Shown piece by piece: positions 26,274-39,637 of a stretch of 64,000 nt of DNA (positions are counted from its first letter, which is position 1; every line of letters starts with the position of its first letter). The position numbers and the translations under genes were made by a program. The stretch is from Octopus vulgaris (taxonomy: Eukaryota). The notes beneath the pieces are model-generated. The model did not search any database, was not told the DNA's origin, and was given only the letters and a program-made list of their open reading frames with translations. The stretch spans positions 13,950,001 through 14,014,000 of the forward strand of contig OX597830.1 of assembly GCA_951406725.2 (NCBI GenBank). Direction: 5' to 3'.

Positions 26274-26731
26274 CCGTACATCATAACGAACATCGATATA
26301 ACAGTTTGCTGTGCTAAGTTTCTAATTACAGCCGGTACGTTGTTGGATTCTCTATGAATATGAACAGTATTCCTCTTCAGGCTTTCTGTAAGGTAGTTTT
26401 ACGAGATGTAAAAAAAATTAAAATCTGCTGTCGCTATGACAGCTAAAACAATAACATGAACTGACCTGAGCAATAGGGCTTAAATATTTAAAGGTCATTT
26501 TAAAACATTTTAAAAATTATCTCTGTTTTCCCCCCAAAATCTGATGAAGTGGAAATGTACTACTCCAATGAAATCTTAAATAATCTGACGTGACTCACAC
26601 TGTTACATACACATACATGCACACACGCAAATACATACTCTCTCTCTCACACACATGCACATGTGCACACATATTCAGAATATACCACGAAATGTATTTA
26701 TCGCAGTTCCAAACTGAATAATCTACTTAGT

Positions 26732-27252
26732 TATATAGACTTCAGTGATGGCAATATATTTAGCTCGGTGCAAGTTTTGAACTGTTACATTAAGTTTCAA
26801 AATGCTTCTTTATCATACGAGTATGTGTGGTGAGCTCAAATTCTGCTGAGGCCGACTTGGCCTTTCATCCTCTCGGGGTCGATAAATTAAGTACCAGTTG
26901 CGTACTGAGGTCGATCTAATCGACTTAATCCCTTTGTCTGTCCTTGTTTGTCCCCTCTATGTTTAGCCCCTTGTGGGCAATAAAGAAATATATATAGACC
27001 TCAGAGATGGCGATATATTTAGCTCAGCACAAGTTATGAACTGTTACATAAAGTTTCAAAATGCTTCTTTATCATACGGGTATGTGTGGTGAGTTCAAAT
27101 TCCGCTGAGGTTGACTTCGCCTTTCATCCACTCGGATTCGATAAATTAAGCACCAGTTGCGTACTGGGGTCGATCTAATCGAATGCCCTCCATACCAAAA
27201 AAAAAAAAATAAACAAAAAGGTTTCGTGCCTTGTGCCTAGAGTAGAAAAGAT
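26732..27252 (+). mobile_element. Two partial SINE B copies within a 192-bp direct duplication
   Basis: 26732-26923 duplicated at 26991-27182, separated by a 67-nt SINE tail. Confidence 0.9.
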
Positions 27253-29936
27253 TATAGGAGTATGTGAGGGATTTTCGCTTACTTCTTACATTATAGAAAG
27301 AGTCCATGAAGTAAGTATTACTCATAATTCACTGTTGACCATGGATTCCTTTCAGCTTCTATTCAACACACCTATTTTACAATTTTCATACTGAAACACG
27401 CAAAATTTTCATTTTATTTACATTTTACAATGAATATATTAATATGAGTTGGTTTAATTCACATTACAGTATCTGTGTTTTAGAGAGAACGAATCGTTAT
27501 TTTTGGTTAAAATGCCACATGCTGTTTTCCATGTATGAAGAAACACAAGAACACATATATACCCGAAAGGAAATAATCAGTTGATTACACAGCTAAGTTA
27601 TCCATCATTTCAGATATATATGTGTGTGCTTTAAAGGCGCCATTCAAATTAAAGTTCTACAATTTTTATTTTTACATTCTGCAACATAATTTTAAAAAAT
27701 GATTAAAATGATTCAGCTTCTCTCAGTTTTTGCTCGTTTGATGGATTATATAGTTAATTTTCCCTGTAGTTGAGAATTAGGTGCAAGAAAGATGCGTGCA
27801 TGTGGTCGTATTTGTTAAATATACTTACCGACTTTATAGATATTATGAGAACAAATATAGATATAATGAAGCAAAGCAGAGAATTGAAAATCTGTATTAG
27901 CTAAATTTATTTCTTTAAATTTATATATTTATTTCTTGGTGGGGCGGATTTACTTTAAGAATCTTAGAAATTAGAAATGCCAATTCAGGGCTTTAAAAAT
28001 GTGATATAATATTTTAAAAAGAAAATTCTCAGCAATAAAATTGAAAAACTGACTGCATATAAACGATCGTTTCACTATATTATTGAATATGTAGCTCAGT
28101 GATTTTAGCTGATAAGGCCATACTTTTTATTACTATTTTATATCAAAAATGAAAACTACACTCGAACACAAAAGTGATAATTCTCTCGTTAAAAGATTAT
28201 TGTAAAATTCACTCTTTTTTCTTATTTTATTTGTATTTCATTGAAACATTCTAAATCATGATTGTGAACATTTTCTGTTTTGAAACACTAAGCTCAAAGT
28301 TTTTGGATTAAGTTTTAAAATTTTATTTGAAAGAAATTAAATAGCTAAGTATTTAATTTACGATTACGAAGTGACACTGAAGTCGTTTTAGTATATTTGT
28401 TGTATCGGAATTAGATCATAAATGTCGGAATATTTACATTTGTTGTATGTGTTTTGACATTTACGTATGTGTGAAGTGCATCGATAATTTATTAACATTT
28501 CGTATACACAAGTGCACGCATGTATATTTGTTTCTTTATTTATACATATAAAATTGAAGACTACATACATAACCCGAGATTTATCCATTTTCATACTGTT
28601 TATTTCTACTCTGTTAATACTTTTTTTATTTTACTGTTTGTTTTTATTTAAAAATTTTACCATGTAAGCGCCCCGGAACTTGCAAGTACTTAAAATATTA
28701 CAAGCGATATCGAATCTAGATTATCATGCAAGCTAACAAAATATAGAATTCCTTTTAGACAGATTCTATCTTAGTCTAAATATCTGATCCCGTTTCAACT
28801 TTTGATGGATGACATTAGTCGTCCAATGTATGTAGATATGTGTGGCATAGTGATATCATACATTTTATATATACAAAGCTAAAACTTGACTGAAAAGATT
28901 TTGAATTATACTAGGGCAACAGCTTAGTTTTATTCAAAAACGCGAAATGACACATTAGAGATAGTAAGGTAGGGTATTATCAATACATACACGCCTTCAT
29001 TCTAAAATTTACCATAGTTACACATTTCATAATAGTTTCTCAGATATCGCCTAAATTTTATACATAACTTAAATAAAAGATTTGATAGAACTAATGAAAA
29101 ACTTATCTCTATTAAGAAGCCCGATGAAAAACAAAACAGAAGGATTTCAAGTTTGTATTCAAATAAGGAAATCTTCGATTAAGAGAATCCTTTATAATAA
29201 TCCCTTTACTAACCAGGGGATTGAAGGACCAAATTACCTACAGTCGTAGTACCCTTATTATGAAGGTGCTTTTGTCCTAATTTTCATTAAATCGAATATC
29301 AACAAAACCTTTATGATCTTATATGGTAAACACTACTCTACAAATAATTAAATCGAAAACTATTTACTAGGAACATTAAATTAAGTATCATTTGCATAAC
29401 TAATATGAAAGCTATTATGTCATACATCTCACAACGGAAATGATGCAAAGCGGCAAAGCACAAATATAGAAACAGCAACACATGCTAGTTAAATACGTCT
29501 TGGAAATGAAGGTGTCATACACAGATCGAATGTGCCTCCACAAACAATACATACAATGTAAAAACAAATCATCAAGTGGTACAGATATGCTACACAGATA
29601 TGTTTTACAGATATGCTGTACAGATATGTGTTTGAGGATTTTTAGAGAACGGTGCTACGATATAACTTATTAGGTCAGAAAAATTGGGAAGAGAAAGGAC
29701 ATGTTTTTTCTTAGTACTTTTATTGAAGGAACACCGTGTTGGTATCTTTAAGATCCATATTGTGTTTGAGTGCACGTGAATGTTTGGGTCTATCAGCAAG
29801 GGAAACAGTTTGTACAAGTAACAAATTTACTTTATTCGATCGAAGTTGATGGTAAACCTTGTCACTATGTCGGTCTGCAAAAGGGTGAAAGTATATTTGT
29901 AGAGACAACCATCTGTGTATCAGGTATAGATAGTTT

Positions 29937-30169
29937 AAGACGGCGAGCTGGCAGAAACGTTAGCACGCCGGACGAAATGCTTAGCGGTATTTCGTCTGCC
30001 GTTACGTCTGAGTTCAAATTCTGCCGAGGTCCACTTTGCCTTTCATCCTTACAGGGTCGATAAATTAAGTACCAGTTATGCACTGGGATAGATGTAAACG
30101 ACGTAATCCGTTTGTCTGTCCTTGTTTGTCCTCTCTGTGTTTAGCCCCTTGTGGGTAGTAAAGAAATAG
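29937..30169 (+). mobile_element. SINE family B with TSD
   Basis: Flanked by GG(T/C)ATAGATAGTTT on both sides. Confidence 0.95.
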
Positions 30170-30629
30170 GCATAGATAGTTTTCTGAGTATGCTGGTGTT
30201 ACTCAACTTATCATTGCAGTGTTTTATATAAAGGAATTGTTACCTTTTAGAAGCAGCAAGGGTATCAACTTCACATCAATCCCAATCAATTCTGTGCAAA
30301 GAAAGAACACGCAGGGTTCAAAGAAGATTGTAATGTTGTAATGTTGAACAGTAAGCCAAATGGGAAAATCTGCTGAGAAATTCGAAGATCACCAAACGTA
30401 ATTGCACTACATAATTATTGACTACCGTTAAAAAAAGCTTCGAGGAATTTGATGAAGAAATACAACATTCCACAGCCGATAAGCGGATTATTGCAAAACC
30501 TATTCATATCAAGAGTACTTGTACAGTTTTAAGAAAACAAAATAATGGGCTGCCAATACGCAACTATACACTCACCAACGAAAGCATGGCTACATAAACG
30601 TACATTATATATCATATTGTATGATGTAT

Positions 30630-30995
30630 TTTTGTCGAACCGCCATGTTACGGGGACGTAAACACACCTACACCGGTTGTCAATACGTAACGGGAAACAA
30701 AAACAGGGACACATACACTTATATTTAAATATATATACATATTGTATTTATGTGTGTAAATATGTATGTACGTGTGTGAATGTATGTATGTATGAATGAA
30801 TGTATGTATGTATGTATGTATGTATGTAAGCATGTATGTATGTGTCGAGTTTCTTTAAGCTTCTATCAACGAAATCCACTCATAAGATTTTGATCGGTCT
30901 GGGGCAGTAGCAGAAGACGCTTGCCATGCAGTGTGGCTACACACAGAACCTAGTAGTTGAGAAGCAAGCGTTTCACCACACAGGCGTGGCGGGAC
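30630..30995 (-). mobile_element. SINE family A, degenerate
   Basis: Recognisable 3' module and head around an (ATGT)n tract. Confidence 0.75.
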
Positions 30996-31028
30996 CTATC
31001 CATGCATACGTACATACATACATACATA

Positions 31029-31110
<82 letters not shown>

Positions 31111-31202
31111 GAGTGTATTTTTACCTTGTTAACAATTAACACGGAAAAATAAATAAATAGTTACCAGGGCAAATATAAAATCTCATATATATAGTAAACT
31201 CC

Positions 31203-31261
<59 letters not shown>

Positions 31262-31289
31262 CTTAAATTTATATAGGGTAGGAAAAAAT

Positions 31290-31678
31290 TATAGACATTT
31301 TTTCTACCAGTGCCCTAATATGTATACAAAGTCAATAGACATTTTTCATATAAAAAATTAGTGTACGTTTATACACAAAGAGGCAAGCTTGCGCTGTGGA
31401 TTTGAAAAATAATGATATATAAGGATGAGAACGTGTTATTTGGCCTCTAATTTATATATTGTTTTGGCGTATCTGCTGATGAGAACTTCGACTTGCAAAT
31501 TATTTTTATTTGCTAATTAAAGTTCGAAACCTGAGGTCCGGCTGTAAAACATGGTAAATGCTTTTATTTTTCATTCCCTTCGAAATTTCTCTTAATTGTG
31601 GTTTGGACTTTTTGACTGTTCTTTCTAGTATGTGAGGCAACCTGTTAACGGCTTGCCTCTTTGTGTATAAATGTACAC

Positions 31679-31688
<10 letters not shown>
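31290..31688 (+). mobile_element. Penelope-like pLTR with inverted partial copy, between (TA)n tracts
   Basis: 31354-31388 is the reverse complement of 31651-31685; contains a hammerhead; homologous to 47200-47605. Confidence 0.75.
31473..31541 (+). ncRNA. Type I hammerhead ribozyme motif, canonical core
   Basis: CTG-CTGATGA-GAACTT...AAGTTC-GAAA-CC-TGA-GG-TC-CGG; extra GCAAAT/ATTTGC helix in loop II; GUC site, predicted cleavage after 31538. Confidence 0.85.
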
Positions 31689-31729
<41 letters not shown>

Positions 31730-31734
31730 TTTCT

Positions 31735-32123
31735 CTTTCTCTTTTACTTGTTTCAGTCATTTGACTGCGGCCATGCTGGAGCACCGCCTTTAATCGAGCA
31801 ACTCGACCCCGGGACTTATTCTTTTGTAAGCCCAATACTTATTCTATCGGTCTCTTTTGCCGAAGCGCTAAGTAACGGGGACGTAAACACACCAGCATCG
31901 GTTGTCAAGCAATGCTAGGGGGACAAACACAGACACACAAACATACACGCACACACATATATATATATATATACATATATACGACGGGCTTCTTTCAGTT
32001 TCCGTCTACCAAATCCAGGGGCTATAGCAGAAGACACTTGCCCAAGGTGCCACGCAGTGGGACTGAACCCGGAACCATGTGGTTGGTTAGCAAGCTACTT
32101 ACCACACAGCCACTCCTGCGCCT
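31735..32123 (-). mobile_element. SINE family A
   Basis: High identity to the + strand copies, with one short deletion. Confidence 0.95.
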
Positions 32124-32588
32124 ATATATATATATATATGAGAGAGAAAGAGGGAAGAGATGTATGCGCATGTGATATATAATGTGCGTTTGTATGTATG
32201 CAGATATGGGTATATAGATGGTAAGATAGCGATATTTGTAGGTAAGTAGGGAGGTAGATACATAGGTAGGTAAATGCACTAATGTTTCCTAACCAGCTTC
32301 ATTTGATTGCTAGTTTTCGAAAGACCGTATAATTTATACGCCACATTCCTTTTTTATCAGCATTATGTTAGAATTTATTCGTAGATACGTATTGTATCAA
32401 AAACAGAGGACAGAAGAATTCCACATTTGACTTCATTTAAAGAAGAAAACTTCTAGTCAAAACCTTTAATAATACGCATAATGAGAGATGCCACAACATT
32501 TTATTATTCCAAATGTAATCAAACGACAACAACAAAATAATTTCATAAAATGATAGCAGAACTTATTTTGACAACCCTTTTCTATCTA

Positions 32589-32803
32589 CGAAGAGATACT
32601 GAAATGTTCCTGGTTTTTAGAGTGTCAAAAAGGCCTCGTTTGAGGCCCAACCTTCAGAGTTCTTCAAGGACTTAGAAAATCTAATGAATCACTGACATAA
32701 GTATGTGAATCTGATAGGAGAATATGTTGAAAAAAGATCATAATTAACTGATCCTCCTGTATTTTCTTTTAACCCAAACCAGGACCTTTTCAGCACACCC
32801 TCG
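32589..32803 (+). mobile_element. Mariner-derived MITE
   Basis: Imperfect TIRs CGAAGAGATACTGAAATGTTCCTGG / CCAGGACCTTTTCAGCACACCCTCG, TA on both flanks; residual GEYVE transposase end. Confidence 0.75.
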
Positions 32804-32990
32804 TAGGCTTAAATTTGTCTTGTTTCAATCGTTGAACATACATATGCGAACGATATATAAATACCATTTTAGGCCATAATATCAGATTGAATACATAAAG
32901 GCCAGAGCACAAAGCTGCATCTCAAAATATTAACTTCAATCTTTGGTATACACCTACTGTTTTAAGAGAACGAGGACGGTTGATTTAATC

Positions 32991-33388
32991 AACATATGTT
33001 TTTAACATAATTTCTAGGTAACTAAAACATTTTAAACTTCGTATACTGGTAGAATGTGTTTATAAAACATCTTTTTCTCTTGGCTTTATTGAGAAAATTC
33101 TATAGGTTGTAAGATATTTGTTGCTTTTTTTTCTTCAATTTCTGCAATTTCAACCAATCAATGACGTCTATTGAGGTAAAAAAACATTCTGTGCCGTATG
33201 AATGTCCCTCGTTTAAGAAACAGATTGGGTTTATTTACATTTCTGAAGAAAAAAAGATACCTTTCCCCACCCTAACCCTAACCCTAAAACAGATTGAAAT
33301 GCAATAGATCGATACTAGGGTCATAGTTATGGGTAACAATTTCATATAACACCGCTAGAAAAAACTGCCGTTCAAACCGAAAAGATCC
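32991..33388 (+). mobile_element. 8-bp-TSD MITE (Merlin-like), left TIR missing
   Basis: ATTTAATC at 32983-32990 and 33389-33396; right TIR intact. Confidence 0.85.
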
Positions 33389-35114
33389 ATTTAATCTAAC
33401 AATACACAACTTGTGCACGTTTTACCAATTCGAGAAGAAAGAGAACTGAAACCTGCCTTATCAAGATGTGAACTCTGTCGCAGAAACAAATATACACATC
33501 GAGTCATCTTGTGCTTTTCTCTATTTATTATATCCCGCTCTCTTTATCTTGCGAAAATATTTGCCATCAATTTTTAGAAATAATCCCACAACAAGGTATT
33601 ATTACATCTGGCTGACTTCATTACTACGCGCCTATGAAAGTCAAACGTGCGACGAATCTCCCAGCATTTATTACCAAAAGCTTTGTCTTCTCTTTTATTG
33701 CTTGAAACAACATTGGATGGGAGTTCAAATTAGAAGGATATGAAAATTAAATTTTCAAAGACGTTGTCAGGAAAAGCTAAGGCTAAAAATGAAAAACATA
33801 TTAAATGCATATTGCCGAAGAATCCTACTCTATTACATTCGAATTGATAAAATGCTCAACCTTTAATATATTCTCAAGATTTATTTTGGTGTTTGTTAAA
33901 AGTTTATGAATGAGAACAGAGTTTAGAGTTTTTTAGAGTTGATTTGAAATTTTACTTAAATCTATAATATAAACTATTTCTAAGAATGTCGGAAATACTA
34001 TTCCGCATTTGATGTAGATTCACAGAGATATCGATATAATTAAGAAGTTTGGTAAACTATAAAAGTATATCATGGTTGTCAGATATCATAATTATAAACA
34101 AAATTAATTGGCCACAGAAATATGTCTCCTTTTGTAACTAATTACCATCGAAATGTAGACAGTATGTCCAACCGTTTGATAGTGTGGAGGACAGCAAACA
34201 TACTTTTATATAATAACCAGAGAAAATAGAATATATTTAACTTAATCTCATTTCTCTTACGAGAAAATATATAAATGCTTTCAGGTATGCGAAAAGTATA
34301 TTGCAAAATATTTTTTCAATATAAGTGTGTTTCAAGTTAATAATTTGAATATATTGAAATTGATTAACATTTTGTTCAACTCATTTGAAAGAATTGTCAC
34401 CTGAGTGTTTAAATACTGATGCTACGATGCTTTACTCCCAGACTAGATGGAGACTAGAAGATTTCTAGTCTCGGATATGAAATTAAAGTTATAAAAATAT
34501 TTACTTTCTGAATAGATACTTGTTTGTAAAACTAAATCAGATAATCAAACAAATTCACAATTAATCAAGTATTTTGTGATTTTATTTCTATTTGTGGCAA
34601 TTTGAATCCATTAACTTAAACTTAATTAATATACTGTCCGAATTAAAATGATGTTTTCAAACTAATTTTGTAAAACATCATTTAACTTGAAAGCACAATA
34701 AATTATTTCGCAGAAGTCAAAGTTAAACTAAAAATGACAAGTTTATTTGGCGTGGGGGATGGACTTCGTTTCACCAGAGGGGCTACTCAGCCTATTTAGT
34801 ACTTTCCTGTAACATTTCACGTTAGTACCATCATTTTATGTAGTAAAATGTAACGAATACCTTTATTAAAAATAGTGTAAACTATTAGCAAATTAAGATT
34901 AGATGTAAGTATTTATTTAAACACATAGACAGTTTGAGGTTATTTTTATAGACACATAAGCATAAAAGGAACAAGAGGAATGTAGCTGTGACAGTTTTTA
35001 GCACTCAAAACAGTTTCTCTTTTCAAAACAGTGCTAAACTAAGAACAGAATCGAAGATTTACTTTCAAAGGAGAAATACATATAAGCATACAAACATACA
35101 CTCTCATTCGAATT

Positions 35115-35151
<37 letters not shown>

Positions 35152-36547
35152 ACGCACGCATACACACACTCATACACACACATATATGAACACGTAGTGG
35201 GTGTATGTTGAGTGTTATAAGTCAATGCAATGGATAGAATACCTTAAAAGAGCTGAAAAATATTTCATTAGATTAATGAAAACTATTTCTGTGCAACACC
35301 CCTGTAATTAACATCAGATAACTAGATACCAAATAGTTTCATATCTTGTAACTTAATAAAGCTGCATAATTCGTGATAATTCAATTGAAAACAAATTTTG
35401 TCTGACCTGGACATCAATATTTTCGCATGTTGACACAAAGAAGCAGAATGAACCTAAAATTTCTTATGCTTTTGTTTTTTTTTTAGTTCGTATGCAAATA
35501 AATGTAAAAATAGTTACAAATAACCATTGTTAGTTGAGTATTGAACGTAAACAAGAAAAGGCCAACAGAACACCGACTGTATAGATTTAAACACCAGAGA
35601 CAATTGATTTGTGATCGGATGCATTGCAGAAATCATGGATCAATTTCGGAAAGTTGTGATGAAACACTCTCGTTTTATTTAACAAAAACTATGTGTTGAC
35701 TACCACACCAAATATTCTGGTGGTGCTGTAGAATTTATCCTGTGAAACTTGATTATACACAATCTTGTGAAGTGTTGAGGAACTTTAATATTTCAAAGGT
35801 AATAGAATTACAAAAAACATGTGACGAGATATTAACTGTAAGGATGTGAAGAATTAATTAAATATCAACTTTATGTGGACAGTTCAATCACTTCGTAGTA
35901 GTCATTTTGTTAGACCAGAACACCAGAAAACTGAGAATATTTAACACTCTGGCATTAGAAACTGATCGAAGTTTGCTTGAAAAGGGTGGGATTTCCATCG
36001 ATATAATATATCACCCATATCAATAAAGCTAGAGGGACTTATTTAATATAGATGTAGTCTATTATATATTAGGAGGTGTGCATGTAATTTCGAACTTGCC
36101 ACGGTTGGACTTAGTGAAAACGCTACAATGTGTAGCATTGAAATAATAAGTTAAGCCTAAATTGCTCCCTCACGCACTATCTGTAGCCTCTTGTCAGAGT
36201 ATTAATTTTGTCAAATGTAAAAATTTGAGAATTGAAATTAAGCAAAGATGGATTTAAAATCTTAAGAGTGTTTTTTTTTTTTTTTTTTTTACTGAGATTT
36301 GGTAAAGGAGGAGTGACGTGAAAGTTGATTTATGAAATGATGTTCATGGAAGTTCGTATATTTGAAATATATATTTCTTGGTAGATCTTTATCGTTATTT
36401 GAGATGTGAAAAATGATCTTAAATATAGAACATCAAGAAACTGAAATAATATTTAAGTAATTTGCATAAAGACTGACGAAATGCCGCTAAGTATTTTGCC
36501 CCGCGGTAACGATTCTGACTGCTCCTTGCTTTATCCCGGTGTATAAT

Positions 36548-37186
36548 GTTGATTTCAAATTTTGGCGCAAAGCCAGCAATTTCGGGGGAGGGTAAAAGTC
36601 GAGGATCTTTTCGGTTTGAACGGCAGTTTTTAACATAATTTCCACGTAACTAAAAAATGTTAAACTTCGTATACTGGTAGAATGTGTTTATAAAACATCT
36701 TTTTCTCTTGGCTTTATTGAGAAAATTATATAGTTTGTAAGATATTTGAATTTTTTTCTTCAATTTCTGCAATTCCAACCAATCGATGACGTCCATTGAG
36801 GTAAAAGAACATTGTGCCGTATGAATATGTCCCTCGTTTAAGAAACAGATTGGGTTTATTTACATTTGTGAAGAAAAAAAGATACCCTTCCCCCCACCCC
36901 TAACCCTAACCCTAAAACAGATTGAAATGCAATAGATCGATTCTAGGGTCATAATTATGGGTGACAATTTCATATGACACCGCTAGAAAAACTGCCGTTC
37001 AAACCGAAAAGATTCAAAGTCGATTACATCGACCCCAGTAATCAACTTGCACTTATTCTGACGATCCCAGAAGAATGAAAGACAAAATTGACCTTGACAG
37101 AATTTGAACTTAGAGAGTAAAAGCGGACGAAATAATGTTAAGCATTTTACCCGTCGCGATAACGATTCTGCCAGCTTGCCGCCTTA
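36548..37186 (-). mobile_element. SINE family B interrupted by the MITE
   Basis: SINE sequence resumes across the AAAGTCGA duplication. Confidence 0.85.
36603..37015 (+). mobile_element. 8-bp-TSD MITE (Merlin-like) with internal (CCCTAA)n
   Basis: TIR GGATCTTTTCGGTTTGAACGGCAGTTTT; TSD AAAGTCGA at 36595-36602 and 37016-37023. Confidence 0.93.
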
Positions 37187-38351
37187 TCATGAAGCATAAT
37201 AATACTTATTTAATGTAGATCGCTTTACCTTTTGACTAGTTCTCACGTTAACTTACCAGAGAGCATACCTGAATACCAGTTGACCCCAATGCCCGCACTT
37301 CTAGAATTATAACCAACCTTACTAAAAGGCAGATGTCTTAAACCGCATCAAAAAAGATAAAATGGAAAAGCATCATTTTCAACCAAAATTCTACCGCTAA
37401 TTTATGTATCCCCCAATATATTTAACTGGATAGCTTTTTCCCCAAACCAACAAAATCATTCTTCTCATAGCTGATCAATATAACTCATTTTCAGTTATGA
37501 TTATCATTATCTGATCAATATAACCCATTATGTCTCATGTTCTTACAGCGTTTTGTCATAGAACCTATACTAAATTCTAATTCTTTCCAAGACAACCTCG
37601 CCAAATTGATCCCCTAACAATCTGCAGTTTTCTGTTTCCTAATATAATAAAGATGATACGGAATCTGGACAAAATTTAACCAGATTACAAATTAAAAAAT
37701 CATTGGGAGGACAATATATATATATATCCCACCACATATTGTTCATAACATTTTTATCATAATTTCAACAATTTCTCAAGATATGAGTTATGAGTTCAAG
37801 AAATTTTAATAAAATTTAGACCTTACAATATCTAGCATACAAACGTAAACATTTTGCTGTTTGTTTATGAATGCAATATTAATCCGATACGAGATTTTCA
37901 TATAGAAAGGTGTTGTTAATTCACCAACGGGAGCAAAACAGAAACTTCCGTAGTATTCACGATATTTCCAGTTCAAATGTGGTATTTGACAATTTTGTAA
38001 ACTGCTGACTTTATTAAGTTAGCAATACACCGAAAGTTAACCTTTTAAGCAGCATATCAAAAGTTTAATTCACTTGATATGTAAGAAAATTTAAGAAGCT
38101 TTAAGAATATTGACAATTCACATTCCGTGTAAAACAGAAAACTAAAAATTAATCTAAAGATATATTGATAATTCTTTAATAATTTTCCGAACCCTAATAA
38201 ATTTTTTCCCTGTAATGGAATATATATATATATATATATATATACGTGTGTGTGTGCGTGTTTGTGAGAGTATGTGTGTGTATATGTACATGCACATCCA
38301 CCCATACATACATATATGTGTATGTACATATATATAACGCAAAAGGTGTGA

Positions 38352-38397
<46 letters not shown>

Positions 38398-38402
38398 TTG
38401 TG

Positions 38403-38462
<60 letters not shown>

Positions 38463-38813
38463 CATACATACATATACATGTATGTGTGTGTATATAACGC
38501 AAAAATTATATGTATATATATATATTTATAGATATAATAATATATAATACGTGATGGCTATAAGTAGGCGGGTATATTAATACACAACATTATATATATA
38601 CGTAAAAACACACACCCTTACGCACGCACACCCGCACAAACACACATACATACACACACATATATATGTATGAATGTAGGTTTATAGTCAAATTTTGTGT
38701 GTAAAGCAGTTAGTAATGTAAGCATTATCAATATCACATACCTAACACGTGTGTTGTTAAACGATTTTAGCTACTGTATTACGTCTGTGAGACATCACGT
38801 TGAAGGCGTATAG

Positions 38814-38873
<60 letters not shown>

Positions 38874-39021
38874 AGGTTACAAGAGATAATGGTGTCTTTG
38901 AGACCCAAAGGTGTCAGGTAATGTTGAATAAGTGCTATAGACAGACCATAGTTAAGTTCCAGATTCGGTAATATTGCGAATAAAGGGTTCAACGTTGGTT
39001 CTATGTCAGCGTGTGTATATA

Positions 39022-39265
39022 TGAATTTTTGTGTAATGAGATGAAAAAAAACCAAGGCTGTATAGATATTAGAGCATTTATAGATAGAAGGTCTTACAGC
39101 TGTTTCTAGAATATTAATTAGACTTAACGTTTCCTCTCACACCGTCTCCGATGAAGGGATATTATTATTAATTAATATTCTAGAAACAGCTGTAAGACCT
39201 ACTATCTATAAATGCTCTAATATCTATACAGCCTTGGTTTTTTTATCTCATTACTCAAAAATTCA
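39022..39265. repeat. About 98-bp-arm near-perfect inverted repeat (Penelope-like inverted pLTR)
   Basis: 39022-39120 vs 39169-39265 with a 48-nt spacer. Confidence 0.95.
39144..39198 (+). ncRNA. Type I minimal hammerhead motif (U4C core)
   Basis: GTCT-CCGATGA-A-GGGATATT...AATATTCT-A-GAAA-CAGCTG-TA-AGAC; palindromic stem III, GUA site. Confidence 0.75.
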
Positions 39266-39289
39266 CACACACACACACACATACACACG

Positions 39290-39329
<40 letters not shown>

Positions 39330-39637
39330 ATTCAATGCTACGCAAATGAAACCGGTTCGGAAGTGACTGAGGATGACAGACATAGATATTTAACAGGGTT
39401 CTTTTCTGCTCTCAGTAGCATATGCTTAGCCTGCTTCTAAAACGAAATCAAATCGTCAGCTACAAGTGTATACAGACAGTGTAAAAATCTATTTCCTGGT
39501 GCGCAATTGAGCTGCATAGGAAGAGCAAAATACATATTTAGTTTTAGAAGTAGCCCGGTAATGTAAGCTCAGCATGTTAATATAACATGTATGTGCGGCG
39601 CTATGGCTTATCAGAAAACTAATTTTATCCCATTTGC

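Noticed and set aside
26541-26590. CTGATGA...TGGA/TCCA...GAAA
   Set aside because: No stem I or III; likely chance
29482-30520. Coding-like composition with short ORFs
   Set aside because: Interrupted by stops and a SINE; no recognisable family
37257-37300. Possible 44-nt minus-strand exon reading VRALGSTGIQVCSL, reminiscent of an aldo-keto reductase N-terminus
   Set aside because: Weak acceptor, all three frames open, and no other AKR exons seen
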